Positions 62,724 to 64,000 of a stretch of DNA of 64,000 nucleotides are shown one piece after another. The position numbers and the translations under genes are program-made. Position 1 is the first letter of the stretch; each line of letters begins with the position of its first letter. This DNA is from Macrostomum lignano (taxonomy: Eukaryota): positions 62,001-126,000 of the forward strand of contig NIVC01000392.1 in assembly GCA_002269645.1 (NCBI GenBank), in the 5' to 3' direction. The notes beneath the pieces were generated by a model, which worked only from the letters and a program-made list of their open reading frames with translations, had not been told where the DNA came from and ran no database searches.

Positions 62724-63755
62724 TCACATATTTGTTTCAACGCTTCTTTCGTCGCGTCGAGTGCCTCGGCTGCTCGGGGCCGGGCTTTTTGACGCGGCAC
62801 CGGCCACAGGACGGCACAGCACGAAGCGAGTGAACTGGCGATGGAAAACCAGGTAGATGAGCGGATTCACCAGCGAGTTGATGGCTGACATGAAGGGAAA
62901 CACGAAGTAGTGCACCACGAATGGCAGAGCGTCGAAGTACGTTCCCAGGTTCCAGGCCATGTAGTTCACAGTGTCGGGCAGGTTGAACACAATGAACGCC
63001 ACCACGGTGAAGCCAATAAGGATGGTGAATCTCCTTGACGCCGATTCCGAATTATTTGACGAAGACGACATTTTAGCCGACCTGCGCAGGTGAAAAATGA
63101 TGACGGCGTAGGAGCTGAGCATGCAGAGAGTTGGCAGCAGCACAGTGATGCTGGTGCTTGCGACGCTCAGAGGTCGCAGGGCGGCTTCGGGCACTCGATT
63201 GCGACTGTCGCAGATGATCTCAGAGTTAGTTACCGAGTTGTTGCCCTCAGCATCGCCGTCAACTGCAGCTGCCTCTCCTGGCACCTGTTGCGGCCAATAC
63301 GACAGCAGGTTTAGCGGCACGTAAGCAAGGAAGCTGACCAGGAAGATGGTGGAGTAGAAGAGCTTCAGCATGTACCGCTTGCGTCTCTGCCACCAGAAGT
63401 GGCAGCAGATGCAGAGACAGCGCTCGATAGTGAAAGCGAGCGTGTTGTAGATGCTGCAGTTGATGGTGTACCAGAACAGCATGGCACTGTCGTTGCCAAG
63501 AATGCAGAACAGGTACCAGCTGGAGTCGAGGGTGTCGGACTGACTCGGCCGCGGGATGGACTGCAGCTGCACGAACACGATGTTGGTTGACAGGACCAGC
63601 AGGTCGAAGACAGCCTGGCTGCGAACCAGAGCGGTGGCGGATTTCGAAGCAATTTTGTGTCGCAGTGCGAACACCAAGAGTAGAGCGTTGAGCAGAATGC
63701 CGACGGAGGACAGGGGCAAACTGATCAGCAGGAGCTTCTGGCCTAGATCGCTCAT
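62724..63755 (-). CDS. Class A GPCR 3, single coding exon, 343 aa
   Basis: Seven hydrophobic segments; TM1 GILLN, TM2 AVFDLL, TM3 FTIERC, TM6 FNLPD, TM7 VNPLIY. Confidence 0.92.
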   Translation of the reverse strand: MSDLGQKLLLISLPLSSVGILLNALLLVFALRHKIASKSATALVRSQAVFDLLVLSTNIVFVQLQSIPRPSQSDTLDSSWYLFCILGNDSAMLFWYTINCSIYNTLAFTIERCLCICCHFWWQRRKRYMLKLFYSTIFLVSFLAYVPLNLLSYWPQQVPGEAAAVDGDAEGNNSVTNSEIICDSRNRVPEAALRPLSVASTSITVLLPTLCMLSSYAVIIFHLRRSAKMSSSSNNSESASRRFTILIGFTVVAFIVFNLPDTVNYMAWNLGTYFDALPFVVHYFVFPFMSAINSLVNPLIYLVFHRQFTRFVLCRPVAGAASKSPAPSSRGTRRDERSVETNM

Positions 63756-64000
63756 CTTAATCTAAGGTTCCCTGGAGAATGCGTTGAAATTCAGGTTTTA
63801 GTTGGAAATCAGTTGGTTCTGAACAAGCTCAAACCCATATGACACACACTTACCAGTTTTACCTTGATAGTATCCTGTCCCGGATGCAGACCTGGGGAAC
63901 GGCAGGTGGAACAGCTTCAACTTTATATAGGGAACTGGGGAGTTGCACAACAGTTTCAAATGCCTACTGATTGGCTCTAGAGAGATTTAGAGACAACCCT

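Overview
Eukaryotic (animal) genomic DNA with spliced genes; GC-rich exons, AT-rich introns and many minisatellites suggest a free-living flatworm such as Macrostomum (inference only). The left third (1.8-20.7 kb) is a transposon nest built on one short palindromic repeat. It holds a young full-length Ty3/Gypsy element (2830-13212, minus strand, TSD ATAT; gag, GGGAAAC -1 frameshift, pro-RT-RH-IN, plus a non-env third ORF), two solo LTRs of sister subfamilies, two nested non-autonomous CCC...GGG TIR elements, and a deleted IS630/Tc1/mariner element. The rest holds an intronless RPL13, a 6-exon SAM methyltransferase head-to-head with a 5-exon SLC25A33/36-type mitochondrial carrier, three class A GPCRs (two tandem paralogues share a 471-bp near-identical tract), a tRNA-derived SINE family and more than 12 tandem arrays. 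The most promising leads are the Gypsy accessory ORF3 with its upstream hairpin array, the conserved U5 blocks with extra tRNA-Leu-like primer sites and no canonical PPT, and the insertion hotspot. All alignments and counts were done by eye; no database search was run.
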